Below are positions 18,319 to 26,561 of a DNA stretch of 64,000 bases, piece after piece. The stretch's first letter is position 1, and each line of letters begins with the position of its first letter. The stretch comes from an uncultured Bacteroidales bacterium (GTDB lineage Bacteria > Bacteroidota > Bacteroidia > Bacteroidales > Muribaculaceae), in the NCBI GenBank assembly GCA_947175535.1, contig CAMWNF010000001.1:870-64869 (forward strand), read 5' to 3'. The notes under the pieces are model-generated. The model saw nothing but the letters and a program-made list of their open reading frames with translations, did no database searches and was not told the DNA's origin. The translations under genes were made by a program, and so were the position numbers.

Positions 18319-18326
18319 CAAAGTTA
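18319..18326 (-). promoter_or_regulatory. -7 promoter box (ptb-buk long leader or an independent small RNA)
   Basis: Perfect TAACTTTG on the minus strand, 174 nt upstream of the ptb ATG. Confidence 0.45.
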
Positions 18327-18574
18327 CACGGTAAACCAATCCGATGTCACGTTTTTCCAGGACCCTGTACGTTTTAACTTGGATTAAAACTGCATTTCAC
18401 AATTCATGACGATTAACGCACAATCAATTAGAAGCAATTTGCACTAACAGAAAATCTTCATATATCCCTGCTGTACCATCATGCTGCCACATGTACTACA
18501 CATTATTATATAATAGCAAGGAAATAATGACTAAAAAGAGTGGCAAAGAGAATACGAATACGGAAATTTTTCCG

Positions 18575-18582
18575 TAACTTTG
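18575..18582 (+). promoter_or_regulatory. -7 promoter box for the AAE-family transporter gene
   Basis: TAACTTTG, 97 nt upstream of the ATG at 18679. Confidence 0.5.
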
Positions 18583-18678
18583 CGGAGCAATTTCCAAAGG
18601 TTACAATTTACTGCTTCAACATAGCACTTTCAGCTTTCGAAAAGCAATACAAATAATTATATATCAACACATCTCTTT

Positions 18679-20340
18679 ATGGATTGGATATTTGACCTGC
18701 TTATGCCGGGAAATGAATCGATAGCAAGCACTCTTGTGCTCTATTCGTTCGTCATCGCGGCGGGCATCTTCATCGGCAAACTGAAAATCTGCGGAGTCTC
18801 GCTCGGTGTGACTTTCGTTCTGTTCGTCGGTATTCTCATGGGACATTTCGGCTACATCGTCAACGACAATATCCTGAAGTTTGTCCGCGAGTTCGGCTTA
18901 ATCCTCTTTATTTTCTCCATCGGTCTACAGGTTGGTCCCGGTTTCTTCTCGTCGTTCAAGAAGGGCGGCATGAGACTCAACTTCCTCGCGGTGCTGATTG
19001 TATTCCTCAACGTCCTGATTGTGCTCGGCATCTATTACTTCGGTAATATCGACGACATCAACGCCCTTGTCGGCGTGATGAGCGGCGCGGTCACCAACAC
19101 CCCCGGTCTCGCCGCCGCGCAGCAGACCGTCAGTCAGATGTATCAGAGTCCCGAACAAGCCAACCTCATGGCTTCGGGTTATGCAGCCGCCTATCCCCTC
19201 GGCGTCGTAGGCATCATCCTCTCGATGTTTGTCATCAAAGGCATCTTCGGTATCTCGACCGAAGGCGAGATAAAGAAAATCGAGGAAGACCAGGAAAGCG
19301 CACAGCTCAAGCCCTTCCTCCTTTCGGTCGAAGTCTCGAACAAACTCGTCGACGGCAGAACACTGCTACAGTTGCATGACGTAATTCAGTGCAACTTCGT
19401 CGTCTCCCGACTCGTCGGCAGCGACAACGTGGTGACGATACCAAAATCATCGACACAAATCCATGTCGGCGACCGCCTGCTGATAGTTTGCTCGGCTGTC
19501 GACGCCGACCGTTTCACCGCAGTCCTCGGTCCGCAGATAGAAATGGACTGGGAGTCTACGCCGACTCCGGTGTTCTCGCGCCGCATCCTTATCACAAAGA
19601 GCGAATATAACGGCGTCGCCCTCGGTTCGCTGCGTCTCCACAACGGCTATCAGCTCAACGCAACCCGCGTCAACCGCGCCGGCGTCGACCTGCTCGCCTC
19701 GCCCAACCTCCGCCTGCAGATGGGCGACCGCATAACCGTCGTGGGCAACCTCGACGATATCGACCGTCTCGCCGCTCGTCTGGGCAACTCGATGAAACGA
19801 CTCAACCAGCCGAACCTCATCACCATCTTCATCGGCATCATCCTCGGCATCATCCTCGGCTCTGTCAACCTCGGCTTCGGCATGAAACTCGGTCTCGCCG
19901 GAGGTCCGCTCGTGGTCGCCATCCTTCTGAGCCGCTTCGGATATAAAGCGAAACTAATCACCTACACATCATCGTCAGCATCTCTGCTGCTGCGCGAACT
20001 CGGCATCTGTCTCTTCCTCGCATCGGTCGGCATCTCAGCCGGCAAAGGGTTCGCCGACGCAGTATTCAACACTACAGGCATGTGGTGGGTAATCTGGGGC
20101 TTCGTCATCACCGTCGTGCCTCTGATTGTCGTCGGACTCATCGCCCGCGGCAAGGACAAAATTAATTTCCTCACCATCATGGGTCTCTTCTCTGGCGGAT
20201 GCACCGACCCCCCTGCCCTCGCTTACGCCAACAACTCGACCGGCAACGACGCTCCCGCCGTCGCCTATTCGACAGTCTATCCTCTGACGATGTTCCTCCG
20301 CGTGGTCGCCGCCCAGGCTCTCATACTCTGTCTGGCATAA
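18679..20340 (+). CDS. AspT/YidE/YbjL (AAE) family transporter with two central TrkA-C domains
   Basis: Two homologous membrane halves (GVSLGVTFVLFVGILMGHFG / NLGFGMKLGLAGGPLVVAILL) flank soluble repeats (HVGDRLLIVC, QMGDRITVVG). Confidence 0.8.
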   Translation: MDWIFDLLMPGNESIASTLVLYSFVIAAGIFIGKLKICGVSLGVTFVLFVGILMGHFGYIVNDNILKFVREFGLILFIFSIGLQVGPGFFSSFKKGGMRLNFLAVLIVFLNVLIVLGIYYFGNIDDINALVGVMSGAVTNTPGLAAAQQTVSQMYQSPEQANLMASGYAAAYPLGVVGIILSMFVIKGIFGISTEGEIKKIEEDQESAQLKPFLLSVEVSNKLVDGRTLLQLHDVIQCNFVVSRLVGSDNVVTIPKSSTQIHVGDRLLIVCSAVDADRFTAVLGPQIEMDWESTPTPVFSRRILITKSEYNGVALGSLRLHNGYQLNATRVNRAGVDLLASPNLRLQMGDRITVVGNLDDIDRLAARLGNSMKRLNQPNLITIFIGIILGIILGSVNLGFGMKLGLAGGPLVVAILLSRFGYKAKLITYTSSSASLLLRELGICLFLASVGISAGKGFADAVFNTTGMWWVIWGFVITVVPLIVVGLIARGKDKINFLTIMGLFSGGCTDPPALAYANNSTGNDAPAVAYSTVYPLTMFLRVVAAQALILCLA

Positions 20341-20366
20341 ACCGAGTCAACAACACGACATAACGA

Positions 20367-20418
20367 AAGATGTCCGGCGCCGCCATGCGGCTGAAACCGG
20401 ACATCTTTTATTTTTTTG
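20367..20418. terminator. terminator hairpin between the transporter gene and trxA (convergent)
   Basis: Stem AAGATGTCCGG/CCGGACATCTT followed by TTATTTTTTT. Confidence 0.7.
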
Positions 20419-20473
20419 ACCGCGCCACACAGCGCAGGTCTTTCAAGAGGAGATTATATAGGAGAACGAGAAA

Positions 20474-20800
20474 TTACTGATTGAAACGTTCGTCGCTCTT
20501 TGTCTTGGCATAGTCGCGGATTTTATCGACAAGCACATCCTGCTGCTGAAGACCTACGGCACGCCAGACAGGTTCGCCATACTTGAACAGAATGAGTGTC
20601 GGAATCGACTGCACGTTGTAACGGCGAGCCACCGCTTCATTCTTGTCGATATCGATTTTCAGCACATTGGCAGTGTCGCCAACTTCAGCCTTCACTTTTT
20701 CGATAATAGGAGCCTGCATCTTACAGGGACCACACCATTCTGCATAAAAATCAACCAATGTAGGTTTTTCGTCTTTTATCAATTCGTTAAAATCGCTCAT
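20474..20800 (-). CDS. trxA: thioredoxin
   Basis: WCGPC active site within FYAEWCGPCKMQAPI; 108 aa. Confidence 0.9.
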   Translation of the reverse strand: MSDFNELIKDEKPTLVDFYAEWCGPCKMQAPIIEKVKAEVGDTANVLKIDIDKNEAVARRYNVQSIPTLILFKYGEPVWRAVGLQQQDVLVDKIRDYAKTKSDERFNQ

Positions 20801-20935
20801 ATCTTTTCTTATTTAATGGTTTTACTTTTCGTTTTCTTTATCTATCTAACACCCGACACCCCCTCATTGTTTGCTTCCGCGGGGTAAAAAATTCAATAAA
20901 ACCGCGATGTTCATTGCCAAACCAAAAATTCTGTG

Positions 20936-20943
20936 TAACTTTG
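20936..20943 (+). promoter_or_regulatory. -7 promoter box for tRNA-Arg
   Basis: TAACTTTG ends 15 nt before the mature tRNA 5' end. Confidence 0.6.
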
Positions 20944-20958
20944 CATCCGCAAAAGGTC

Positions 20959-21032
20959 GGTCCGGTAGCTCAGCTGGATAGAGCATCTGCCTTCTAAGCA
21001 GACGGTCATGCGTTCGAGTCGCATCCGGATCA
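20959..21032 (+). tRNA. tRNA-Arg (anticodon TCT)
   Basis: Manual cloverleaf: GGTCCGG/CCGGATC acceptor, GCTC-AGCTGGATA-GAGC D arm, TCTGC-CTTCTAA-GCAGA anticodon arm, ATGCG-TTCGAGT-CGCAT T arm. 74 nt; CCA is not encoded. Confidence 0.9.
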
Positions 21033-21232
21033 CAAAATCGATTTTCGCTTTATTAACCGGCGTGCCGATGGCATGTACATACAAAAACAACCGATTATGA
21101 TTCACTGCAACCACCAACTTTTCAAATTTTCAATCAACGGTCCAAGAACGTCTTCCTGCTAATTTTCTAAATATGGTTCACAATGAAAACAAAAAAACCA
21201 TGATATCTATTGGCTATTATAAAATATTTTCG

Positions 21233-21240
21233 TAACTTTG
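21233..21240 (+). promoter_or_regulatory. -7 promoter box for the pilus-type locus
   Basis: TAACTTTG, about 180 nt upstream of the ATG at 21421. Confidence 0.45.
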
Positions 21241-21420
21241 AAATTAAATTAGGTGTCTTTTACGCAGACATCTCCTTAAAAGTGGCAACAGACGACAGCT
21301 GAAACCTCGGAATAAAGCTGCGCGTCACATATAGTAACCAATTGCAATCAAACGATTTGCACCAAAACTGAGTGGTAGATATCAGACATGAATCCTTATA
21401 GCACCGACATGGGAATATAT

Positions 21421-22668
21421 ATGAAAAAACTATTTGCATATATATTAGTTGTCCTGACGACGCTCTCCGCATCCGCTTTCACCGACGGCACTCCTGCCGA
21501 CTCGGCGAAGGTGTATTTCCGCATAGGCCACCGTCAGTTCGACCCCTCGTTAGGCAATAACCGCGCGACGATGGAAAACCTCGTCAACCATTTGCGTGAA
21601 GTAGCTGCGGCTGATGACATCGAGCGCATTGTCATACGCGCATACGCGTCTCCAGACGGAAACGACCGCGCGAATGAGCGACTTGCCGAACACCGATGCA
21701 ACACAATGGTCGACTATCTCACCCGCCACGCCGATGTAAACCCCGCTCTGATTGAAGCCCTGCCAAAGGGTGTGGCATGGGACGAACTCCGTCGCATGGT
21801 CGCCGAGAACCCTGATGTGCCTGCACGTGAAAAGATTCTCGACATCCTCGACAACACCCCTGTATGGGTTTTCGATTCACACGGCAAAATCATCGACGGC
21901 CGCAAGAAGCAGCTTATGGATTTGAACGGAGGCAGAACCTACAACTGGCTGTTCGCCAACCTATTCCCCGAACTGCGCAATGGTGTCGCAATATTGCTAT
22001 ACACGAAATCAGCTCCGGCTCCCGAGACCACTGAGGCACCCGAGATCTCAGAGTCCTCAGAGATCTCCGATATCTCCGAGGACTCAGATGACACCGGCAG
22101 CTCTGTCAGCTACGACACCGTCGAAGCCCCTCAGACCGCCGAAATACAGCGCTTCGCCCTGAAGACAAACCTTCTCTATGATGCCGCCCTCATGCCTAAC
22201 CTTGAACTTGAGTGGCTCATCAATGATAAATGGTCAGTCTCTCTCGAAGGCGATGTAGCATGGTGGAAATTCAGCGAAAACAAAATCTACCGTCTTGCCA
22301 TGGTCTCGCCCGAAGTGCGCTATCACATCAATCCCCGCGCCCGCTGGCACGGCATGTATGTCGGTGCATTTGTCGGCGGCGGACTCTACCAGCTCCAAAA
22401 CGGTGGTCACGGCTATAAGGGCGAAGGCGGCATGGCAGGTCTTTCGTTCGGCTACATGTGGCCGATTACCAAAAACCTGTCGTTCGACGCTGAAATCGGC
22501 GCAGGCTACATGTACACCCGTTACAAGGAGTACGAACCTGTCCACGGACACAAAGTCTATCTGATGACCAAGTCTCTCAACTACTTCGGTCCGCTGAAAC
22601 TCAAATTTTCAATCGCATGGCGATTTGATCAAACTGTTAAACTCTCCAAAGTCAATTCCGCACTATGA
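21421..22668 (+). CDS. DUF3575-type outer-membrane protein with an N-terminal OmpA-like module
   Basis: The signal peptide MKKLFAYILVVLTTLSASAF starts at an internal ATG (21421). Contains an acidic Ser/Glu linker. The C-terminal ALKTNLLYDAALMPNLELEWLINDKWSVSLEGDVAWW beta-barrel pattern is recalled from DUF3575. Confidence 0.6.
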   Translation: MKKLFAYILVVLTTLSASAFTDGTPADSAKVYFRIGHRQFDPSLGNNRATMENLVNHLREVAAADDIERIVIRAYASPDGNDRANERLAEHRCNTMVDYLTRHADVNPALIEALPKGVAWDELRRMVAENPDVPAREKILDILDNTPVWVFDSHGKIIDGRKKQLMDLNGGRTYNWLFANLFPELRNGVAILLYTKSAPAPETTEAPEISESSEISDISEDSDDTGSSVSYDTVEAPQTAEIQRFALKTNLLYDAALMPNLELEWLINDKWSVSLEGDVAWWKFSENKIYRLAMVSPEVRYHINPRARWHGMYVGAFVGGGLYQLQNGGHGYKGEGGMAGLSFGYMWPITKNLSFDAEIGAGYMYTRYKEYEPVHGHKVYLMTKSLNYFGPLKLKFSIAWRFDQTVKLSKVNSAL

Positions 22669-23699
22669 AATTATCAAGAATTTTATTCATAGCCGTCATT
22701 ATGGCGGTGATGTCAGAGCTGACATCGTGCAGGGATGAATTGTGCTACGACCACTATCCCTCACTGTCGCTCGGACTGGCGTGGGAGCATGAATGGGAGC
22801 GCGACTACGGCATGAACCATGCCGCCAACTGGGACGCCGCAAAGCATGGCTTCGAATATGACGACATGCGCCCCGAACGTCCCGAATGGGTCAATATGGT
22901 GATAACCAAACCCGACGGAACAACGGGCGAAAAATATCTCAAACCCGAAGGCGACGAATTTATGGTCGACCTTGGCGAAGGTCAGTCATACCTGCTCTAC
23001 AACGGTGACACCGAATATATCATGCTGTCCGATGTAGCGTCGCTGAACGATGCCCGTGCATCCGCCACCTCGCGCTCGCGCTCCGGTCTGTCATACATCA
23101 ACGAGCATCATCCCGACGTGCGTTCCACCAACCCTCCCGACGTCCTCTACGCCGCCTATGTCGAAAAAGCTCCGTCGTTCAACATCCACGACCATCTCTC
23201 GCTCGACGTCAAGATGCAGCCGTTGGTCTACACCTATGTTATCCGCTACGAATTTGAATACGGCTTGGAGCACGTCGCTCTCGCCCGCGGAGCTATCGGC
23301 GGTATGGCTGAGTCGGTCTATCTGCGTGACGGCAGAACGTCAGAGAACGCGTCAGTCATTCTTTATGACTGCGATATCAAGCCATACGGTTGCGAGGCTC
23401 ATGTACGCTCGTTCGGCACACCCGGTTTCCCTGACGAATATTATGGCAGAACCGAGTCAGAAACCACCGAGCGCCCCTACTCTCTCAATCTCGAGATAAT
23501 GCTTACAAACGGCAAGAGCGTCGAATTCAACTACGACATCGCCGACCAGCTCAAGAATCAGCCGCGCGGCGGAGTGATAACAATCTCGGGCATCCGCATT
23601 GAAGACCAGATTGGCGCCAGCGACTCCGGATTTAACGTCGACGTGACCGACTGGCCGGAGCACGATATCATCGACCTGCCCATTGAAGTTGAACCATAA
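22665..23699 (+). CDS. lipoprotein, DUF5119-like pilus-locus accessory protein
   Basis: Lipobox ELTSC, followed by RDELCYDHYP. Start overlaps the upstream stop (ATGA). Sits between a DUF3575 gene and a fimbrillin gene. The family call is from memory. Confidence 0.5.
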   Translation: MKLSRILFIAVIMAVMSELTSCRDELCYDHYPSLSLGLAWEHEWERDYGMNHAANWDAAKHGFEYDDMRPERPEWVNMVITKPDGTTGEKYLKPEGDEFMVDLGEGQSYLLYNGDTEYIMLSDVASLNDARASATSRSRSGLSYINEHHPDVRSTNPPDVLYAAYVEKAPSFNIHDHLSLDVKMQPLVYTYVIRYEFEYGLEHVALARGAIGGMAESVYLRDGRTSENASVILYDCDIKPYGCEAHVRSFGTPGFPDEYYGRTESETTERPYSLNLEIMLTNGKSVEFNYDIADQLKNQPRGGVITISGIRIEDQIGASDSGFNVDVTDWPEHDIIDLPIEVEP

Positions 23700-23758
23700 T
23701 CTGTAAGAAACTCAAAAAAAATAACATCGAAATAAATTACTTAAAAAATAATCTAAAA

Positions 23759-24829
23759 ATGAAGAAACAACTCTTTTATCTCGCTTTGGGTGCCGTTGCA
23801 CTCTCAGCCTGTACTTCCGAAGAAATTGTTGATGTCAGCAAACAGAGCAATGCCATCGGTTTTGAAAACACCGTGTTGAAACAGAGCCGCGCCGATGCTC
23901 AGCAAGGCGACCTTACTGTTGATAATCTCGACAAGTTCCTTGTCTATGGTTTCTACACCAAAGAGAACCAGGTTGCCAATCCTATTCAGGTTTTCGGTGG
24001 TGACGCCGTGACCAAACAAGGTAGTTCATGGACCTACAGCGGTACACGCTTCTGGGTGCCCGACGCAACCTACAGCTTCTTCGCCTACAGCTGTGCCGAC
24101 GTTGCACTGGACAACAAATACGGAACTGTCGGTCTTGAACTCAACACCACCGGTGCCGACCGTCAGCTTCATATCTCGAATTACCGATGCGACGCTTCGC
24201 ATAACCATGACCTTATTTACGCTCAGGCAAAAGAAATAAAAGCCTTACCAAAGACAGAGGCAAATCCGAACCCTAACGCGAATGTCTCTTTCCAATTCGA
24301 ACACGTCCTCACCAAGATTGACGCTCAGTTCACAAGCGAATTCTCAGCGGATTATGACGTCGTAATCAAGGACGTAAGAATTACCAATTTCCGAAACGTG
24401 GGTAATTTCATCAAGACTTCGGGATGGAGTGATGTACGTCGTCAGGAAGAGAACACCACCATGCAGATGGAGTTCCCGACAACAGATGGCACGGGTGTTG
24501 CCAATTCAGCACAGACACAGGCGAATAAACCCAAAACCGGTTACTACTATGTAATCCCCTATGCATATCAGTTCTCTGATGTTCAGCTTACTTTCACCAT
24601 TGAGTTGTATAAGGGTACAGGTCGCACAAAAGACGATTTAGTTCTGTCGCGCAACATGGAAGGTCACTGGTCTCCCAACTGGCAGCAGGGCTATTATTAT
24701 ACATATAACGTAACCCTTACAGGTTCGGTTGCCAATCTCCAGCCCATCGTCTTCGAAGTTGCCAAAGACATGAACAGCTGGACACCTGGTACCAGCACAG
24801 CTACCGACATTACATTCTCAGCTAACTAA
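23759..24829 (+). CDS. fimbrillin-family (type V pilus, Mfa1/FimA-like) lipoprotein
   Basis: Lipobox ALSAC. Pattern IGFENT..SRA, FLVYGF, WTYSG.RFW, FFAYS, HDLIYAQA, VSFQFEHVLTKI, IKDVRITN, YYYTYNVTL and VFEV..DMNSW is typical of the fimbrillin/Mfa-like family. Confidence 0.7.
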   Translation: MKKQLFYLALGAVALSACTSEEIVDVSKQSNAIGFENTVLKQSRADAQQGDLTVDNLDKFLVYGFYTKENQVANPIQVFGGDAVTKQGSSWTYSGTRFWVPDATYSFFAYSCADVALDNKYGTVGLELNTTGADRQLHISNYRCDASHNHDLIYAQAKEIKALPKTEANPNPNANVSFQFEHVLTKIDAQFTSEFSADYDVVIKDVRITNFRNVGNFIKTSGWSDVRRQEENTTMQMEFPTTDGTGVANSAQTQANKPKTGYYYVIPYAYQFSDVQLTFTIELYKGTGRTKDDLVLSRNMEGHWSPNWQQGYYYTYNVTLTGSVANLQPIVFEVAKDMNSWTPGTSTATDITFSAN

Positions 24830-25000
24830 TCATCGGTCTATCGGAAGTTTTTTGATTATAAATTTAAGTATAGGCGGATAATGCGCCCAAGTCGTCTGTG
24901 TCACGTTGTGATAAAGACGACTTGACGCATCCGTTCCGACTAAAACTATGATTCACCTGTGATTTCATTTATAAATCGTCAGAATTGTAAGACAAAACAA

Positions 25001-25283
25001 AAGAGCCAAGCGAAATCGCTTGGCTCTTTTTGCGGAGAGGACGAGATTCTTTGCTGCGCAAAGCGCTGCGCGATGACGAACTCGTGACGTTCGAACCCCG
25101 CCTCTCCTTTATGCAAAAAGAGCCAAGCGAAATCGCTTGGCTCTTTTTGCGGAGAGGACGAGATTCTTTGCTGCGCAAAGCGCTGCGCGATGACGAACTC
25201 GTGACGTTCGAACCTCGCCTCTCCTTTATGCAAAAAGAGCCAGGCGAAATCGCTTGGCTCTTTTTGCGGAGAGGACGAGATTC
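25001..25283 (-). repeat. tandem array (2.4 copies, 117-bp period) of tRNA-Ser-derived mini pseudo-tRNA plus terminator hairpin
   Basis: Units 25001..25117 and 25118..25234 differ at one base. The partial unit 25235..25283 has one mismatch and runs into the genuine tRNA-Ser 3' end. Confidence 0.9.
25235..25265 (-). terminator. terminator hairpin directly after tRNA-Ser (same hairpin repeated at 25001..25031 and 25118..25148)
   Basis: 11-bp stem AGAGCCA(A/G)GCG/CGCTTGGCTCT with a 4-nt loop, flanked by an A-run and a T-run. This copy has one A-C mismatch; the other two are perfect. Confidence 0.65.
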
Positions 25284-25355
25284 GAACTCGTGGACAGGAT
25301 TGCTCCCGTCGTCGGTTTAGCAAACCGGTGGTTTCAGCCACTCACCCACCTCTCC
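25267..25355 (-). tRNA. tRNA-Ser (anticodon GCT)
   Basis: Manual fold of the minus strand: GGAGAGG/CCTCTCC acceptor, anticodon loop TTGCTAA, long variable arm GACGGGA-GCAA-TCCTGTC, T arm ACGAG-TTCGAAT-CTCGT. 89 nt, class II. Confidence 0.9.
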
Positions 25356-25384
25356 TTCCGGTTAGGCTTTTGGCTAACGTGGTG

Positions 25385-25392
25385 CAAAGGTA
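25385..25392 (-). promoter_or_regulatory. -7 promoter box for tRNA-Ser
   Basis: TACCTTTG on the minus strand, 30 nt upstream of the tRNA 5' end. Confidence 0.55.
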
Positions 25393-25538
25393 GATAATCT
25401 TTTCTGATTGCACAAATTTTTTGGCAGGATTCCGGAAAACTTTTTTAATAAACGCTTCAAAAAACGATTGAGGCATTTTGTCGTGACATCGGGGTAATTT
25501 CTTTGTCCGATAAATTTTGGCGTAGGCGAAATTATGCC

Positions 25539-25546
25539 TATATTTG
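25539..25546 (+). promoter_or_regulatory. -7 promoter box for the lplA-gcv operon
   Basis: TATATTTG, 22 nt upstream of the ATG at 25568. Confidence 0.5.
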
Positions 25547-25567
25547 ACATTGTTTTCAGGCTTGACA

Positions 25568-26542
25568 ATGATACACCTTAGAATCGATGACCAACGGCAA
25601 CGCCGGCTCCCGTTTTATCTCGCGATGGAGGAATGGGCAGCCGCCAATCTGCCAGCCGCAGACTATTTTTTCAGCTGGCAGGTCGACCCGACTGTCATTT
25701 TCGGCAGAAACCAGCGTATCGATTTGGAAGTCAACCTTGATTACTGCCGCGAGAACGGCATAGAAACTTATCGCCGCAAAAGCGGCGGGGGATGTGTGTT
25801 CGCCGACCGTCACAACATAATGTTCTCATATATAACGCCGTCAGAGCATGTAACGACAACTTTCGCCCGCTATACGGCGATGATAACCGCCATGCTCCGT
25901 TCGCTCGGTGTCGACGCTGAAGCGACAGGGCGGAATGACATTACCATCGGCGGACGCAAGGTGTCAGGCAACTCTTTTTACCATGTCCCCGGCAGAAGCA
26001 TCGTCCACGGCACGATGCTCTATGATACCGATTTCAGCCACATGGCAAATGCAATCACTCCGTCGCGCTCCAAGCTCGAGTCGAAGATGGTCAAATCAGT
26101 GCCGTCACATATAACAACACTTAACCAACATCTGTCGATGCCGATTGAGCGTTTCCGCAAATATGCTATCGGCTACATGACTGACAGCGAATTGACTATC
26201 ACTGACAAGCAGATTGCCGAAATAGAGAAACTGGAAGCCCCATACTACACTCCCGAATGGATTTACGGTCGCCGCAGCTCGGCATCTCTCCGTCACAACC
26301 GCCGCATAGAAGGCGTAGGTGAATTTGCCGTAGGTATAGACCTCCATGAGGGACGCATCGCCGACATCGACATCGAGGGCGACTTTTTCCTGCTCTCTGA
26401 TCTCGACTCCGCTCTGCTCGACCGCCTCAGAAACGTGCGCTACGTCGATTACGAAATCGAACACGCGCTTTCTGCGACCGACACTTCGGAAATTATCTCC
26501 GGACTTTCCACACCTCAGTTCATCGACCTTATTATTAACTGA
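25568..26542 (+). CDS. lplA: lipoate-protein ligase A
   Basis: RLPFYLAMEEW ... VIFGRNQ ... RRKSGGGCVFADRHN ... GRKVSGNSFY is LplA-like. The first ATG is at 25568; the listed start at 25544 is TTG. Confidence 0.85.
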   Translation: MIHLRIDDQRQRRLPFYLAMEEWAAANLPAADYFFSWQVDPTVIFGRNQRIDLEVNLDYCRENGIETYRRKSGGGCVFADRHNIMFSYITPSEHVTTTFARYTAMITAMLRSLGVDAEATGRNDITIGGRKVSGNSFYHVPGRSIVHGTMLYDTDFSHMANAITPSRSKLESKMVKSVPSHITTLNQHLSMPIERFRKYAIGYMTDSELTITDKQIAEIEKLEAPYYTPEWIYGRRSSASLRHNRRIEGVGEFAVGIDLHEGRIADIDIEGDFFLLSDLDSALLDRLRNVRYVDYEIEHALSATDTSEIISGLSTPQFIDLIIN

Positions 26543-26561
26543 AAATCATTCCATATATATC

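Noticed and set aside
21033-21420. An invertible (phase-variable) promoter upstream of the pilus-type locus.
   Set aside because: I found only short hairpins (for example AGGTGTCT/AGACATCT at about 21251..21273). No long inverted repeats flank the -7 box, and there is no nearby recombinase gene.
25001-25283. A possible CRISPR array.
   Set aside because: The whole 117-bp units repeat head-to-tail with no unique spacers. The content is tRNA-derived, and there are no cas genes in the window.
24969-25341. ORFs 24969..25178(-), 24979..25341(-) and 25030..25320(+), which have internally repeated peptide sequences.
   Set aside because: They are produced by translating the 117-bp tandem repeat and the tRNA-Ser gene itself. 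The period of 117 bp equals 39 codons, which keeps the frames open. They are not protein-coding.
20936-25392. The pilus locus as a classical tRNA-integrated genomic island.
   Set aside because: There is no integrase, excisionase or mobilisation gene. I could not find a distal direct repeat of the tRNA-Ser 3' end (GGAGAGGACGAGATTC) near tRNA-Arg. The only extra copies lie within 250 bp of the tRNA.
26346-26561. Long N-terminal extensions offered by the ORF track: gcvT from 26346, tkt from 46374, miaB from 37020, parE from 53345, coaD from 51442, the GLUG gene from 41574, buk from 17219, lplA from 25544 and ilvB from 58459.
   Set aside because: The extensions overlap upstream genes or promoters, often start at TTG/GTG, and add non-homologous residues ahead of canonical N-termini. 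I used internal ATG starts instead.
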